Below are positions 19,506 through 29,866 of a stretch of 64,000 nt of DNA, piece by piece (within the stretch, counting starts at the first letter, position 1; every line of letters begins with the position of its first letter). The notes below the pieces were generated by a model. That model ran no database searches. It was not told the DNA's origin and was given only the letters and a program-made list of their open reading frames with translations. The DNA comes from Leptolyngbyaceae cyanobacterium CSU_1_4 (GTDB lineage: Bacteria > Cyanobacteriota > Cyanobacteriia > Elainellales > Elainellaceae): NCBI GenBank assembly GCA_012034615.1, contig JAAUPA010000001.1, forward strand, positions 2,242 through 66,241, in the 5' to 3' direction. The position numbers and the translations under genes were made by a program.

Positions 19506-21754
19506 TCAGGGCGTTAAATTTTGTGTGGCTAATTCTCCCCTTTTAGGATGCCACCAGCCTTTAGAAGTTTGAAAATAAACAGCATCTTGATGGCTGCGAT
19601 CGCCCCTAGCCTTGCCATCAGAGCACCGCAATAGTTTTTTGGGCTGCCCCTCTTTTTCATAGCAGTATTCTTCCATCGGCTTTTTGCAAACCGGACAAGG
19701 ATGTTGAGTCAAAACTGCATCTGCCTGGTTTCGCAGACTTTCCAGAGTCTTTGGGCGCGGCTGTTCCCATTGACGGCTAAACTCTGACCAAAATAGGACA
19801 ACCTCTTCGCAGCCTGCAACGCACCTGAGGAAATATTTCTTCTTGAGCTTGCGGCTCATAATTTTCGCCAGGGGTTTTTGGCACTGAGGACAGCGCGTTT
19901 TAGAAAATGCTGTCGGGGTTTGTTGTCCTTTTGCTGCCCCAGAAATAGGACGGGTCGTCAGATGGCTCGGAATTGCCTGTCGAGCCTGAGCCAACGCCGG
20001 GATAAAGTACGTTTGATTCCAGGTGTTTAAATAATGCTGCCACTCTTGCTTGCCTGCGGCAATTTGGTCGAGGGACTGTTCCATCTGGGCAGTAAATTCT
20101 GCTTCTAATAAATCGGGTAAGGCATCTTGTAAAAAAGCGTCTACTTCTAATCCCAATGTTGTGGGCTGTAACGTTCCTTTTTGAATATCTACATAGGTTC
20201 GCTGCTTGAGGGTTTGCAGGGTGGGTGCATAAGTGCTAGGGCGACCGATGCCCTTGCGTTCCATAACTTGGATCAGTTTCGGTTCGCTATAGCGGGGTGG
20301 GGGCTGGGTTTGCTTCGCTTCGTGGGCAGCTTGCTGAAGGGTTAAGGTTTGACCGGGTTGGAGGGCAGGTAGATCGGTATCTGCGCTTAAATTATTCCAA
20401 TACTTGCTGTAGCCCAAAAACTCAATCACCTGCCCTTTTGCTAACCATTGAGCTGAGCCAGATTGGGTCATAATTTGGGTTTGTCTTAAGCGCGCCGATT
20501 GACATTGGGAGGCGATCGCCCGTTTCCAAATTAATACATACAGTGCAAACGCATCGTCCGTTAATTCTAAGCGCAACTCTTTAGACGGACGATAGAGGTC
20601 AGTGGGACGGATAGCTTCATGGGCTTCCTGAGAACCTTTCACCTGGCGATGGGAGGCCGTTTTTTTCGGAACATTCGCCGGATCATTTGCTTCTAACCAT
20701 TGCCGAGCTTGGGCGCAAAATTCTGGGCTCAGGGCAATGCTGTCGGTTCTCATGTAAGTAATTAAACCTGCTTCGTAGAGAGATTGTGCTACCTGCATTG
20801 TTTTTTCGGGGCTGAGGTGCAGGCGAGAACCGGCTGCCTGTTGCAGGGTCGAAGTGACGAAAGGCGGCGGCGGCGTTCGGCTAGCCTGTTTGCCTTCAAT
20901 ACTCAGGATTTTGTGGGGATGGTTTTGAGCGATCGCCACTAAGCGATTGGCTTCAGCCTCAGTGGTGACGCGCTCCGATTCTTGCAGCGGTTTGTTGGGT
21001 AGAGCTGCATCATCGGGCTGACTCGGGTCGGGCTGACTCGGGTCGGGCTGACTCGGGTCGGGCTGAGCCAGAGCAGGCTGGACAGGATTGCGTTGCGGTT
21101 TATTCCTTGCAACGGTTGCCGCACTTCCTTTATAAAACGCTCGGAACCCTTCGACATACTCGACAAATACGCTCCAATAATCTTGGGGCACAAATGCTTG
21201 AATCTGACGTTCGCGATCGCACAAAATATGGAGCGTTGCACTCTGCACTCGTCCCATACTTTTGGCTCCATTGTGCAATTGCCACAGCAGCGGCGAACCT
21301 TTGTAGCCCACCAGTTTATCTAAAACAGTGCGGCATAGCCCGGAATGAACCAGGTTGAGATCGAGAGGGCGAGGATGGGCGATCGCTTGGCGGACTGCCG
21401 CTGGAGTAATTTCGGTATAAATAACGCGATCGGGATTTTTGAGATGAAGCGCTTGTTGTAAGTGCCAAGCGATCGTTTCGCCCTCACGGTCTGGATCGGT
21501 GGCTAAAACACGGTCTTAACTTGTTTGACCGCTGCTTTAAGGGCTTGAATGGTGTCTGCTCCGCGCGTGCCTCGGGGAATAAAGCGGCAGCGAACCGAAC
21601 TGCCATCCAGATCAAAACCCAGCGAGTCTTCACCATCACTTGCCAATTCTCGAATATGCCCGACGCTGGCTCTAACCAACCAATCGGCACCCAAAATTTG
21701 GCTCAGTTTTTTAACCTTGCCAGGACTTTCGACAATTAGGAGTTTGGTCGGCAT
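19506..21754 (-). pseudogene. topA: Type IA DNA topoisomerase (Topo I-like) with C-terminal Zn-ribbon repeats, one frameshift as assembled
   Basis: TOPRIM LLIVESPGKVKKL...ATDPDREGE and active-site GLITYMRTDS. Four CxxC-type pairs occur near the C-terminus. The frame breaks at the A4 run 21505-21508. Adding one base gives ...KTVFLATDPDREGETIAWH.... Confidence 0.8.
21015..21066. repeat. 15-bp in-frame tandem repeat (gggctgactcgggtc x3.5), encoding PDPSQ repeats in the topoisomerase
   Basis: Read directly. The protein shows QPDPSQPDPSQPDPSQPD. Confidence 0.9.
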
Positions 21755-21878
21755 TAAACAGCTCCTTCAAAGACCCTTGCCACTCTACAATGTTGAATCA
21801 GTAGATCAACTATACTATACCGCCTTGCCAGCCTCAGGTAGACAAAGTAGAAAGCGATCGCCCCAAGGCCGAAACTGA

Positions 21879-21949
21879 TTATGGGCGATTAATTTATGGG
21901 CGATTAATTTATGGGCGATTAATTTATGGGCGATTAATTTATGGGCGAT
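21879..21949. repeat. 15-bp tandem repeat x4.7 (ttatgggcgattaat) in a divergent promoter region
   Basis: Perfect head-to-tail copies between the topoisomerase start (21754) and the aldolase start (22141). Confidence 0.95.
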
Positions 21950-22140
21950 CGCTGCTCAAAAATAGATCTATTCCTTCGGATAGAGGTTATCAAACGACCT
22001 AGCAGGAAACAGAGTTCAGACGTTATGATCCTGATGATTAAGCTGCGATCGCCCTCTAAATTTTCAGCTAAGTTTTCAGTGTCTTCCGCCTTCACCGTTG
22101 GTATTTTTCCAAAAAACAATAAGCTACAGGAGTATCTGAG

Positions 22141-23190
22141 ATGAGCCATAACTATACTCAAGAACTGCAAGCAACCGCTCGGGCTATGGTTGCTGAGGGC
22201 AAAGGACTTCTAGCGATGGATGAAAGCACTGGCACTTGCAACCAGCGCTTCGAGAAAGTAGGCATTCCTACCACCGAAGAAAATCGACGAGCTTATCGAG
22301 AGCTGATTCTCACCACCCCTCATTTAAGTAACTTCATTAGTGGCGCAATCTTGTACGATGAAACGATTCATCAAGCCACATCATCTGGTATTCCTTTTAT
22401 CCAAGTTATGAAAGATTTAGGAATGATTCCAGGAATCAAATTAGACAAGGGTGCCAAATCATTAGCCGGACATCCTGAAGAACGAGTGACGGAAGGACTA
22501 GATGGATTGCGCGAACGAATTACCGACTACTATTCCATGGGCGCGCGCTTTGCCAAATGGCGAGCAGTCATTACAATTGGCGAGAACATTCCCACTCAAG
22601 GCTGCATCGAAGCCAATGCCCACGCCCTAGCTCGCTACGCAGCGCTTTGCCAAGAAGGCGGCTTGGTTCCCATTGTTGAGCCAGAAGTTTTAATTGATGG
22701 CGACCATACTTTAGGGCGATGCTACGAAGTGACCGAAACAACCATCCATGAGGTTTTTCATCAGCTCTATTCTCAAAAAGTGGCGTTTGATCAAATGATT
22801 TTAAAGCCCAGCATGGTGACCTCCGGAGCAAGCTCTCTAATCCAAGCAAGCGTGGACGAAGTGGCAACGGCAACCATTCATTGTTTACTCAATACGGTTC
22901 CGGCTGCTGTTGCGGGCATTGCTTTTCTGTCGGGTGGGCAAACTATTGTGCAAGCATCGGCTCATCTGAATGCGATGCATGTCCTGTTTGAGGGGCAATG
23001 CCCTTGGCCAGTAACATTTTCCTATGCCCGCGCTATTCAACAGCCTGCGTTAGAGCATTGGAAAGGCGAGAGCGCCAATGTGGAGGGTGCCCAAAAGTTG
23101 CTGTATCACCGAGCAATGTGTAATGGAGCCGCTAGCCGGGGTTTGTATCAGGCGGAGATGGAAAAAGAGCCGGTAGCAGTCCGTTCTTAA
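22141..23190 (+). CDS. fda: Class I fructose-bisphosphate aldolase
   Basis: N-terminal ELQATARAMVAEGKGLLAMDESTGTCNQRF and Schiff-base region ILKPSMV, typical of class I FBA. Confidence 0.88.
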   Translation: MSHNYTQELQATARAMVAEGKGLLAMDESTGTCNQRFEKVGIPTTEENRRAYRELILTTPHLSNFISGAILYDETIHQATSSGIPFIQVMKDLGMIPGIKLDKGAKSLAGHPEERVTEGLDGLRERITDYYSMGARFAKWRAVITIGENIPTQGCIEANAHALARYAALCQEGGLVPIVEPEVLIDGDHTLGRCYEVTETTIHEVFHQLYSQKVAFDQMILKPSMVTSGASSLIQASVDEVATATIHCLLNTVPAAVAGIAFLSGGQTIVQASAHLNAMHVLFEGQCPWPVTFSYARAIQQPALEHWKGESANVEGAQKLLYHRAMCNGAASRGLYQAEMEKEPVAVRS

Positions 23191-23219
23191 ATGAGCTGAC
23201 CTGATGAGCGAAACTGTTT

Positions 23220-24785
23220 TCATCTGCGAGGAATTTTCGATCCTTGATGAATTGCGATCGCGTTCATTCCTTCTAGGGTTAAGGTGATCTGTCCTCGCCA
23301 ATTCACCTTGACTTCTTCGGTAGACGAACATCCGATCGCCTCAGCGGCAACGACATTGCAATAAAAACCTGACGGTAACCCGGTTTGAAAGGTTTGAGTT
23401 AGGGGTTTAGCTTCGCGGTTAATTACCACAAAGCCAATGTCTCCGCGCCCAAAGGCAATTTGGTTCTCGCCATTGCTCCACCAATGGTTGAGCGGTTGTT
23501 GGACAGAAAGGTTGTGAAAGCTGACCATGCGGGCGATCGCGCCCCGTCGATGTTCACAAGTCCATGCTTTAAAGCAATTAGCTTGACCCTTCGTATAAAC
23601 GCTGTCGGTATTACCGTTTGCATCAGAAGGTGGACCTTGGTCAGAATGGGCAAAGTCGTAGCTCGACATAACTTGAGGAATGCCGTAGGGATACGCCAGC
23701 ATAAAAATATTGGCAAGGCTGTAGAGCTGTCCTTGTTTGTAGGTGAGATAGTTGCCGCCACCGCCATGACCCCGTTGTTTGTCATGATTGTCAATGAAGA
23801 CGATCGCCTTTTCACTAGGCATTAATCGAGGGCTATTGGCTAGTTTTTCTAGCTGAGCTAAGTTTTGCCCTTGCCACCCTAAAAACGCTTCTCCAACCAT
23901 TTTGCCATACTCAAACTCAGTCACATGCCCGTTAGAATAATGTTCACTCTTACGAACGGCTTCAGTTCCCGGATCAATGACTTCTTGATAAACGAAAGGC
24001 TTTGACTTAACGTGACGCAGAATTGCGGTTAAGTCGTGGGCTTTAATATGTTTGGCAGCATCAATCCGAAAACCATCCACACCGAGTTCAATTAAGTCGT
24101 TCAGATAATCAGAAATCTTTTCCCGAACGTGGTTTGCACTGGTATCTAAATCTGGTAAACCAACTAGTTCGCAATTGGTCACTTCATCATGATTACCATA
24201 GTTATTGATGCCGCGCCGACATGTGTGAAAATCTTTCGGTTCATACAACCCCGGATAATTATAGCGAGTGAAAGACGTACCCGCACTGCCCACGCCGCTG
24301 CTAACGGCTGCCATATGATTAATCACCGCATCAGCGTAAACTTTTACCCCCACGGCATGGCAACGTGTCACCATTGCAGCAAACTCAGCCCGATCGCCAC
24401 TACGACTCTTAATGGTGTAGCTAATGGGCTGATATCGCTGCCACCACGGATAGTTTGCCTCGGCAATTACGGCATGTTCGTTAGGAGGCGAAACTTGAAC
24501 CGCACCGTAACCGTGAGGGGCAAGAAAGGTTTCACATTCTTGAGCAATATCGTTCCATTTCCACTCAAACAAATGAACAAACGGGGCGATCGATAACGTA
24601 ATGGATGGAGTAATGGATGGAGTAATGGATGGAGTAATGGATGGAGTAATGGATGGAGTAATGGATGGAGCGATCGGTAAGGATATTTGGGCTTGTAGCT
24701 TTGGGGTTAAGAAATTGACAGTGATGATCACCAGTAGCGTTAAGCAAGCTGGAGTAATGATGCGGAAAAAGGGTTGATTTATCAT
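23220..24785 (-). CDS. Secreted GH13 alpha-amylase (animal/Pseudoalteromonas-like subtype) with an N-terminal (PSIT)6 repeat
   Basis: FEWKWNDIAQECETFLAPHGYGAVQVSPPNEH, GFRIDAAKH, YQEVID and FIDNHD are the GH13 conserved regions. The N-terminus is signal-like. Confidence 0.85.
   Translation of the reverse strand: MINQPFFRIITPACLTLLVIITVNFLTPKLQAQISLPIAPSITPSITPSITPSITPSITPSITLSIAPFVHLFEWKWNDIAQECETFLAPHGYGAVQVSPPNEHAVIAEANYPWWQRYQPISYTIKSRSGDRAEFAAMVTRCHAVGVKVYADAVINHMAAVSSGVGSAGTSFTRYNYPGLYEPKDFHTCRRGINNYGNHDEVTNCELVGLPDLDTSANHVREKISDYLNDLIELGVDGFRIDAAKHIKAHDLTAILRHVKSKPFVYQEVIDPGTEAVRKSEHYSNGHVTEFEYGKMVGEAFLGWQGQNLAQLEKLANSPRLMPSEKAIVFIDNHDKQRGHGGGGNYLTYKQGQLYSLANIFMLAYPYGIPQVMSSYDFAHSDQGPPSDANGNTDSVYTKGQANCFKAWTCEHRRGAIARMVSFHNLSVQQPLNHWWSNGENQIAFGRGDIGFVVINREAKPLTQTFQTGLPSGFYCNVVAAEAIGCSSTEEVKVNWRGQITLTLEGMNAIAIHQGSKIPRR
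24598..24670. repeat. 12-bp in-frame tandem repeat x6 (taatggatggag), encoding (PSIT)6 in the amylase
   Basis: Read directly. Confidence 0.95.
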
Positions 24786-24969
24786 GACTGTCTCTGACGA
24801 TTAAAACATGCTTCGCTAACATTCGGGGATGCGCTTGCCAATACGGCTGTTTACCAGTATTGCTAATAACATGGCACCTTTTAGCGACATGTTAACCCGC
24901 GAATTTAGTGAAGATGGGGGTTATTATTCCCTGAAACTTAAATAATTAAGCATTCTTTCAATTCTCTGC

Positions 24970-25473
24970 CTATTCACCAGTTTTGGCGGAGTTGGTGGGG
25001 CAGTCAGTCTGAATAGCTGCCGTAGTTACAGCGACATTGAAGGTGGGCGGAAAGAGTTGATCAGATTGAACTTGGCGGAGTTCTTCTAGCGTGCCGCCGT
25101 TTCTGAGAAAGAGGCAAATGGTGTTGCCGTAAGCAGTGACTTGTGTGCGTCCGTAGGTGTTGGCATAGGCGATCGCTTCCCCATCAGCAGCCTCAACAAA
25201 GTTCTCCCAAAATCGATTGCGGTGTCCTTCTGTGGCATTGCTCAACCTCTGACAATAGTCTGTCAAATTCACCCAGTTACCATCGTTATCGAGAGTGCTG
25301 TAGCCCGAAAAATGCTGAACGGGACAATCGCCAAACCGATCCTGAGCAAATTCTTGTGCCGCTAATAGGGGCGGAAATACAACTGTAGAGAGGATCACAA
25401 TGCCTAGAAGGGCAACAGAATCAGGAACTTCCAGAAGACGGGTGAACATGGGCGAAAGGGCTGCAATTTTCAT
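24970..25473 (-). CDS. Hypothetical secreted protein
   Basis: 167-aa ORF with an N-terminal hydrophobic segment. I recognise no family. Confidence 0.4.
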   Translation of the reverse strand: MKIAALSPMFTRLLEVPDSVALLGIVILSTVVFPPLLAAQEFAQDRFGDCPVQHFSGYSTLDNDGNWVNLTDYCQRLSNATEGHRNRFWENFVEAADGEAIAYANTYGRTQVTAYGNTICLFLRNGGTLEELRQVQSDQLFPPTFNVAVTTAAIQTDCPTNSAKTGE

Positions 25474-25572
25474 GCATTGTTCCCATGATTGTGCTCGTAA
25501 TTGTTCTCGTATCAGAAAGGTGCGCGATCGCCTTTAGAGGATGTCTGAGAAGTCTTAAAGATTCTTACACTC

Positions 25573-25648
25573 GCCCCCTAAATCTCCCAACTTGGGGACT
25601 TTGAAACAGCATAGGTTCGGAAGTCCCCCAATTTGGGATTTAGGGGGC
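25573..25648. mobile_element. MITE-like palindromic element
   Basis: gccccctaaatctcccaacttggggactt ... aagtcccccaatttgggatttagggggc. It overlaps the last codons of the pentapeptide gene. Confidence 0.7.
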
Positions 25649-26683
25649 AGATCGGGCAGCCACCTAGACTTCTCAGATAACCTCTTAGAAAAGTCCCTAG
25701 CCTCGAATCTAGGGGATGTATCGTGCCATCAGGCATGATACATCCCTGCAATTTGGCTTGATGGAGGTTGGTGTCGAACAAATTTGCATCGCTCAAATCA
25801 GCTTCTGTTAAATCTACCTTGTATAAATCAGCGCTGCGCAAATCTGCTCCTTTAAGACTGGCTTTCTTAAGATTGGCTCTCGAAAAGTTTGCCCGCCGTA
25901 GGTTCGTTTGGTCTAACATTGCGCCGGACAAGTTGGCGCGGGTCAGGTTTGCCCAACTGAGATTAGCCTGAGTCAAAATGGCTTGAATCAAAGTTGCGCC
26001 CACCAAATCAGCTCCGACCATTTGCGCTTCAAATAATAGGGTTTTGTAAAGAGTCGCTTTAGTCAGGTTGGCTGCGAGCAGGTTGGTTTTGAAGAATTTG
26101 GCGCGGCTCAGGGTCGCACCGCTCAAATTGGCGGCGTTGAGAATGGCACAGCTACAGTCAGCGCGGGTCAGATCGGCATCGCTCAAATCAGCTTTCCGCA
26201 GAACGGCTCGGCGTAGGTCTGTCCCCCTTAAATCGGCGCGGCTCAGAGCCGCTTGTTCTAAGCAGGCTTCTCTCAAATCTGCGCCTTGTAGCGTCGCCCC
26301 TTCAAATCAATTCGGGTGAGATTTGCACCAATTAAATTTGCGTCGGTTAGGATCGCTTCACTGAGATCTGCGTCGGTGAGGTTGGCTTCGTAAAGGTTGG
26401 CTTTGGTCAGCGTTGCGTGGCTAAGGAGGGCGGCGATCAGGGTGGCTTCTGTCAGATATGCCTTGGTTAAGTTGGCGGTACTGAGGTTAATGCCGCTGAG
26501 TTGGGTGCGCCGGAGATCTGCCTCCCTCAGGTTCGGTTCTACTTGGGGAAGATGCGATCGCCATTCTTGCCATCCTATTTTTCCTTGCCTCAGTGCCGCC
26601 ATTCTTGCCGCCATCTGTGCCGCCATCTGTGCTGCTATCTGTGCTGCTATCTGTGCTGCTGCCGTCAAATCTCCGGTCTCCAT
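25578..26683 (-). pseudogene. Pentapeptide-repeat protein, one frameshift as assembled
   Basis: Continuous A(D/N)LxX repeats across both tracked ORFs. The break is in the C4 run at 26297-26300 (G4 on the coding strand). Adding one G gives ...IDLKGATLQGADLREACLEQAAL.... Confidence 0.8.
26594..26662. repeat. 12-bp in-frame tandem repeat (~5.5 copies), encoding AAQ(I/M) repeats at the pentapeptide protein N-terminus
   Basis: gccgccatctgt / gctgctatctgt units read directly. Confidence 0.9.
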
Positions 26684-26720
26684 CTCCTGACTCTCTCTGC
26701 CTCCTGACTCTCTCTACCCC

Positions 26721-27359
26721 TCACTCATTTCGCCCTGCAATCCCTTCTCGACCGGCAATATTTTCGATCGCCTCAACCGCTGCCCGGGAACCCGCCAAAA
26801 TATCTTGCTCTGCCCCACCCAAATATAGCCGCCCAAAGCTACCAACCGCCGACACCTGAAGGATATTGATCAGTGCTGCCTTTTCTGCCTCATTGGCCGC
26901 CAAAGCCGCATATGCCGCAGGCTCAACTTCTAACACATACAGCGTTTGCCCCGCCAACAGCATATTGCCGCGACGGGTGCGGTTAATGAGTTGAGTGTGA
27001 TGGGCATCAACGTTGCGAATAATTTGGCTAGAAATAATGCGAGGTTTAAGGCAATCGCGGTAGGTCGCCCCGATCGCCCCTAAAATTGCTCGACCCGCCG
27101 CCTGGGTATCGCTTTGATTTTTAGAATGAACTTCTAGTAGCCCATACAGCCGCTCAATGACCAGCACCCCTGGGCGCACTGAGGCAGATTTGAGCGCAAT
27201 ATCTAAAATACGATTAATTTCGATACCTGGAGAAATTTCAACCCAAAGAGAAGAATCTCCGGGCAGCGGCAAGAAGCCCAATGCCTGTGTTCCCATGTAG
27301 GCAGCGTGCTGGGGTTGCAGGCTGTCGAGATAGACGTAACTCCGAAGATCAATTCCCAA
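26721..27359 (-). CDS. ccmP: Tandem-BMC-domain carboxysome shell protein CcmP
   Basis: 212 aa. [24 protein letters not shown]...[10 protein letters not shown]...[43 protein letters not shown] closely matches the CcmP sequence as I recall it. Confidence 0.8.
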   Translation of the reverse strand: MGIDLRSYVYLDSLQPQHAAYMGTQALGFLPLPGDSSLWVEISPGIEINRILDIALKSASVRPGVLVIERLYGLLEVHSKNQSDTQAAGRAILGAIGATYRDCLKPRIISSQIIRNVDAHHTQLINRTRRGNMLLAGQTLYVLEVEPAAYAALAANEAEKAALINILQVSAVGSFGRLYLGGAEQDILAGSRAAVEAIENIAGREGIAGRNE

Positions 27360-27668
27360 GGTAAAAATTATCCAGTGCTAGTGATTCAGGTGGTTTAGAT
27401 AGATCAATTATCCCTGAGTTATCCCCATTAATTCCATCTATGAAATTTTTTCCCGGCTCCCCGAAAGGATGAAACCTTGCAAAGCCCCTTTCTTTCACGA
27501 GAGGGTTTGAGAGAGAAGTCTCTCTATAGGGTCAATGATTTCACGACTCAGCGAAACTTACCCCGACACTCAGCAAAAAATCATTTTTATCACAAGTGAC
27601 TTGTTTACACTGGTAAGAAGCAATGCTTTCAGGTAAACAGCGATGCTTCGAGTTGCTGTTCTTCGTCC

Positions 27669-29090
27669 ATGACATTTATTCAACACCGTTTTAAGCAGTT
27701 ACGTCGATTGAAACGCGAGGGTATTGGCTCGCTACAATTACGTTTGACATTGGGCATTACCGTCGTTTCGCTCTTGGGTTTGGGCAGCCTTGGCACATGG
27801 ACGATTTGGGAGATGCGGCAAATGTTGCTGGTAAAGCATAAGCAGTCGTTGGAATTGATTGCCGATCGCTTTCCAGATGGGCTAGAGCAACCCACCTCCA
27901 AATCAGCGATGACCCAGACCTTACAACACAAGGTTGATCAATGGGCTTCTCCTAGCCTGTGGATTTGGGTAAAAGTGGAGGACAAAATCGTCGCCCAATC
28001 GCCGTCGATCGCCCCCATGGAGCCTTTGTTCTCTCGGCTGACGATGCCTGCCCTTCCCGCAGTTTATAACCTAGATAACCATTATTGGGTCTTTTGCAGC
28101 CGCACCTTGCAAGCCAAGGGCATGAAAGTGGGGCAGCTTTACCTGGCGCAAGATATTACCCATGACTACATCGTTTTGAGCACGCTGATTAATACTTTGA
28201 GAGTTGCAACGCTGGTGGCGATCGCAATCATTGCTGTTTTAGCAGCTTTATTGATTTGGCGATCGCTCCATCCGCTCCGCCGCATGAATCAGCTTGCCGC
28301 CGCCGGGATGGAACTCGATCAAGTTCCGACCGAAGTGAAAGATCTCGTTCAAGCCTTCAGTCAACTATCCGTTCGTCTTTCTGAAACGGGCGCACAGCAA
28401 CGGCAGTTTACCGACAGTATGTCTCACGAACTCCGCACTTCCCTCAGCTTAATCTACGGCTACTTGCAAAGCACCCTCCGCCGAGGCGATAACCTCACCG
28501 ATCCTCAAAAAAATGCCCTAGAAGTTGCAGTCGGAGAAACTGAACGCACCATTCAGCTTCTCACTTCTCTTTTAGATCTTGCCAAATCAAACCAGGGCGG
28601 AATTTCCCTCCATTGCGTCCCGCTCAACCTCAACGACTGGCTACAAATCACTCCCTGGATGGTCGAGTCTCAAGCATTTTCTTGCCTATTTTCTTGCCGC
28701 CTCTCTGTAGAAGTCGCTTCTGATCCCCTTGTGGTTCAAGCAGATTCTGAAAAACTCCAGCAAGTGATTCAACAACTGATTGATAATGCCGCTCAATATT
28801 CTGAGCCCGATCGCCCGATCGCCTTAGTGCTCAGCCGCGATCGCCAAGAAGCCGTGATCCAAGTGCACGATCATGGGTTTGGCATTCCCGCCCTCGAACA
28901 CACCCGCATTTTTGAACCGTTTTATCGCCTCGAATCTTCCCGCTGCCGTTCCACCGGAGGCATGGGGCTAGGATTAGCAATTGTAAAGTCGCTGACTGAA
29001 AGCATGGGAGGACGAGTTACAGTGCAATCAACCTGGGGCGAAGGCAGTGTATTTGAGGTGAGGCTACCCATTAAGGTGGCAAAGCCATGA
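27669..29090 (+). CDS. Sensor histidine kinase (two TM segments, HisKA, HATPase_c)
   Basis: H-box FTDSMSHELRTSL, N-box LIDNAAQYS and G-boxes HDHGFGIP / GGMGLGLAIVKS. Confidence 0.88.
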   Translation: MTFIQHRFKQLRRLKREGIGSLQLRLTLGITVVSLLGLGSLGTWTIWEMRQMLLVKHKQSLELIADRFPDGLEQPTSKSAMTQTLQHKVDQWASPSLWIWVKVEDKIVAQSPSIAPMEPLFSRLTMPALPAVYNLDNHYWVFCSRTLQAKGMKVGQLYLAQDITHDYIVLSTLINTLRVATLVAIAIIAVLAALLIWRSLHPLRRMNQLAAAGMELDQVPTEVKDLVQAFSQLSVRLSETGAQQRQFTDSMSHELRTSLSLIYGYLQSTLRRGDNLTDPQKNALEVAVGETERTIQLLTSLLDLAKSNQGGISLHCVPLNLNDWLQITPWMVESQAFSCLFSCRLSVEVASDPLVVQADSEKLQQVIQQLIDNAAQYSEPDRPIALVLSRDRQEAVIQVHDHGFGIPALEHTRIFEPFYRLESSRCRSTGGMGLGLAIVKSLTESMGGRVTVQSTWGEGSVFEVRLPIKVAKP

Positions 29091-29121
29091 TGCAAAGTAG
29101 TGATCAAGAGTAAGGAAGACC

Positions 29122-29796
29122 ATGAACGCTCATATATTAATTGTCGAAGACGAAGTGAACCTAGCCCGTTTAGTAGAACTAGAGCTTAGCCTGGAAGGAT
29201 ATACCGTCACAGTTGCAAACGATGGATTAACCGGATTGACCAAAGCCCGCGAAACTCCACCCGATCTTTTAATTCTGGATTGGATGATGCCTGGAATGAC
29301 GGGGGTTGAAATTTGTCGTCGGCTCCGGGCAACTGGCAATAAAGCGCCCGTCATTTTGCTAACGGCTAAGGAAGATGTGAGCGATCGCGTTGCCGGACTG
29401 GATGCAGGAGCCGATGATTATGTCATTAAACCTTTCAAAATTGAAGAGCTTTTAGCCCGCGTGCGCGCCCATTTGCGCCGCACCCACGAAGATAATCCCG
29501 ACCTGTTGCAATTTGCCGACCTTAGCCTCAACCGTCGCACCCGAGAAGTTTTTCGAGCGGGAAGAGCGATCGAATTGACCGCCAAAGAATTCGATTTACT
29601 CGATTATCTAATGACGCATCCCCGCCAAGTGATTACCCGCGATCAAATTCTCGAAAAAGTCTGGGGCTATGACTTCATGGGCGACTCCAACATTATCGAA
29701 GTTTACGTTCGTTATCTGCGATTGAAACTAGAAGAACAGCAAGAAAAACGCCTCATTCAAACCATTCGCGGAGTCGGGTATGTTCTGAGAGATTAA
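29122..29796 (+). CDS. OmpR-family response regulator
   Basis: Receiver ILIVEDE...[13 protein letters not shown]...LTAKE...KPF plus a winged-helix C-terminus ([12 protein letters not shown]...IRGVGYVLR). Confidence 0.9.
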   Translation: MNAHILIVEDEVNLARLVELELSLEGYTVTVANDGLTGLTKARETPPDLLILDWMMPGMTGVEICRRLRATGNKAPVILLTAKEDVSDRVAGLDAGADDYVIKPFKIEELLARVRAHLRRTHEDNPDLLQFADLSLNRRTREVFRAGRAIELTAKEFDLLDYLMTHPRQVITRDQILEKVWGYDFMGDSNIIEVYVRYLRLKLEEQQEKRLIQTIRGVGYVLRD

Positions 29797-29866
29797 GTCG
29801 TGTTGAGATGCGATCGGCACCTGTTGATTACAGCAGATTGTTTTAATCCTGTAAAAACAAGAATCC

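Noticed and set aside
21879-24670. Tandem repeats (21879-21949, 24598-24670 and others) as CRISPR arrays
   Set aside because: The units are directly adjacent with no unique spacers, are only 12-15 bp long, and no cas genes are present.
25578-26683. Two separate pentapeptide-repeat genes (25578..26276 and 26273..26683)
   Set aside because: The pentapeptide register continues across the junction once one G is added at 26297-26300. The second 'gene' would start in the middle of a repeat.
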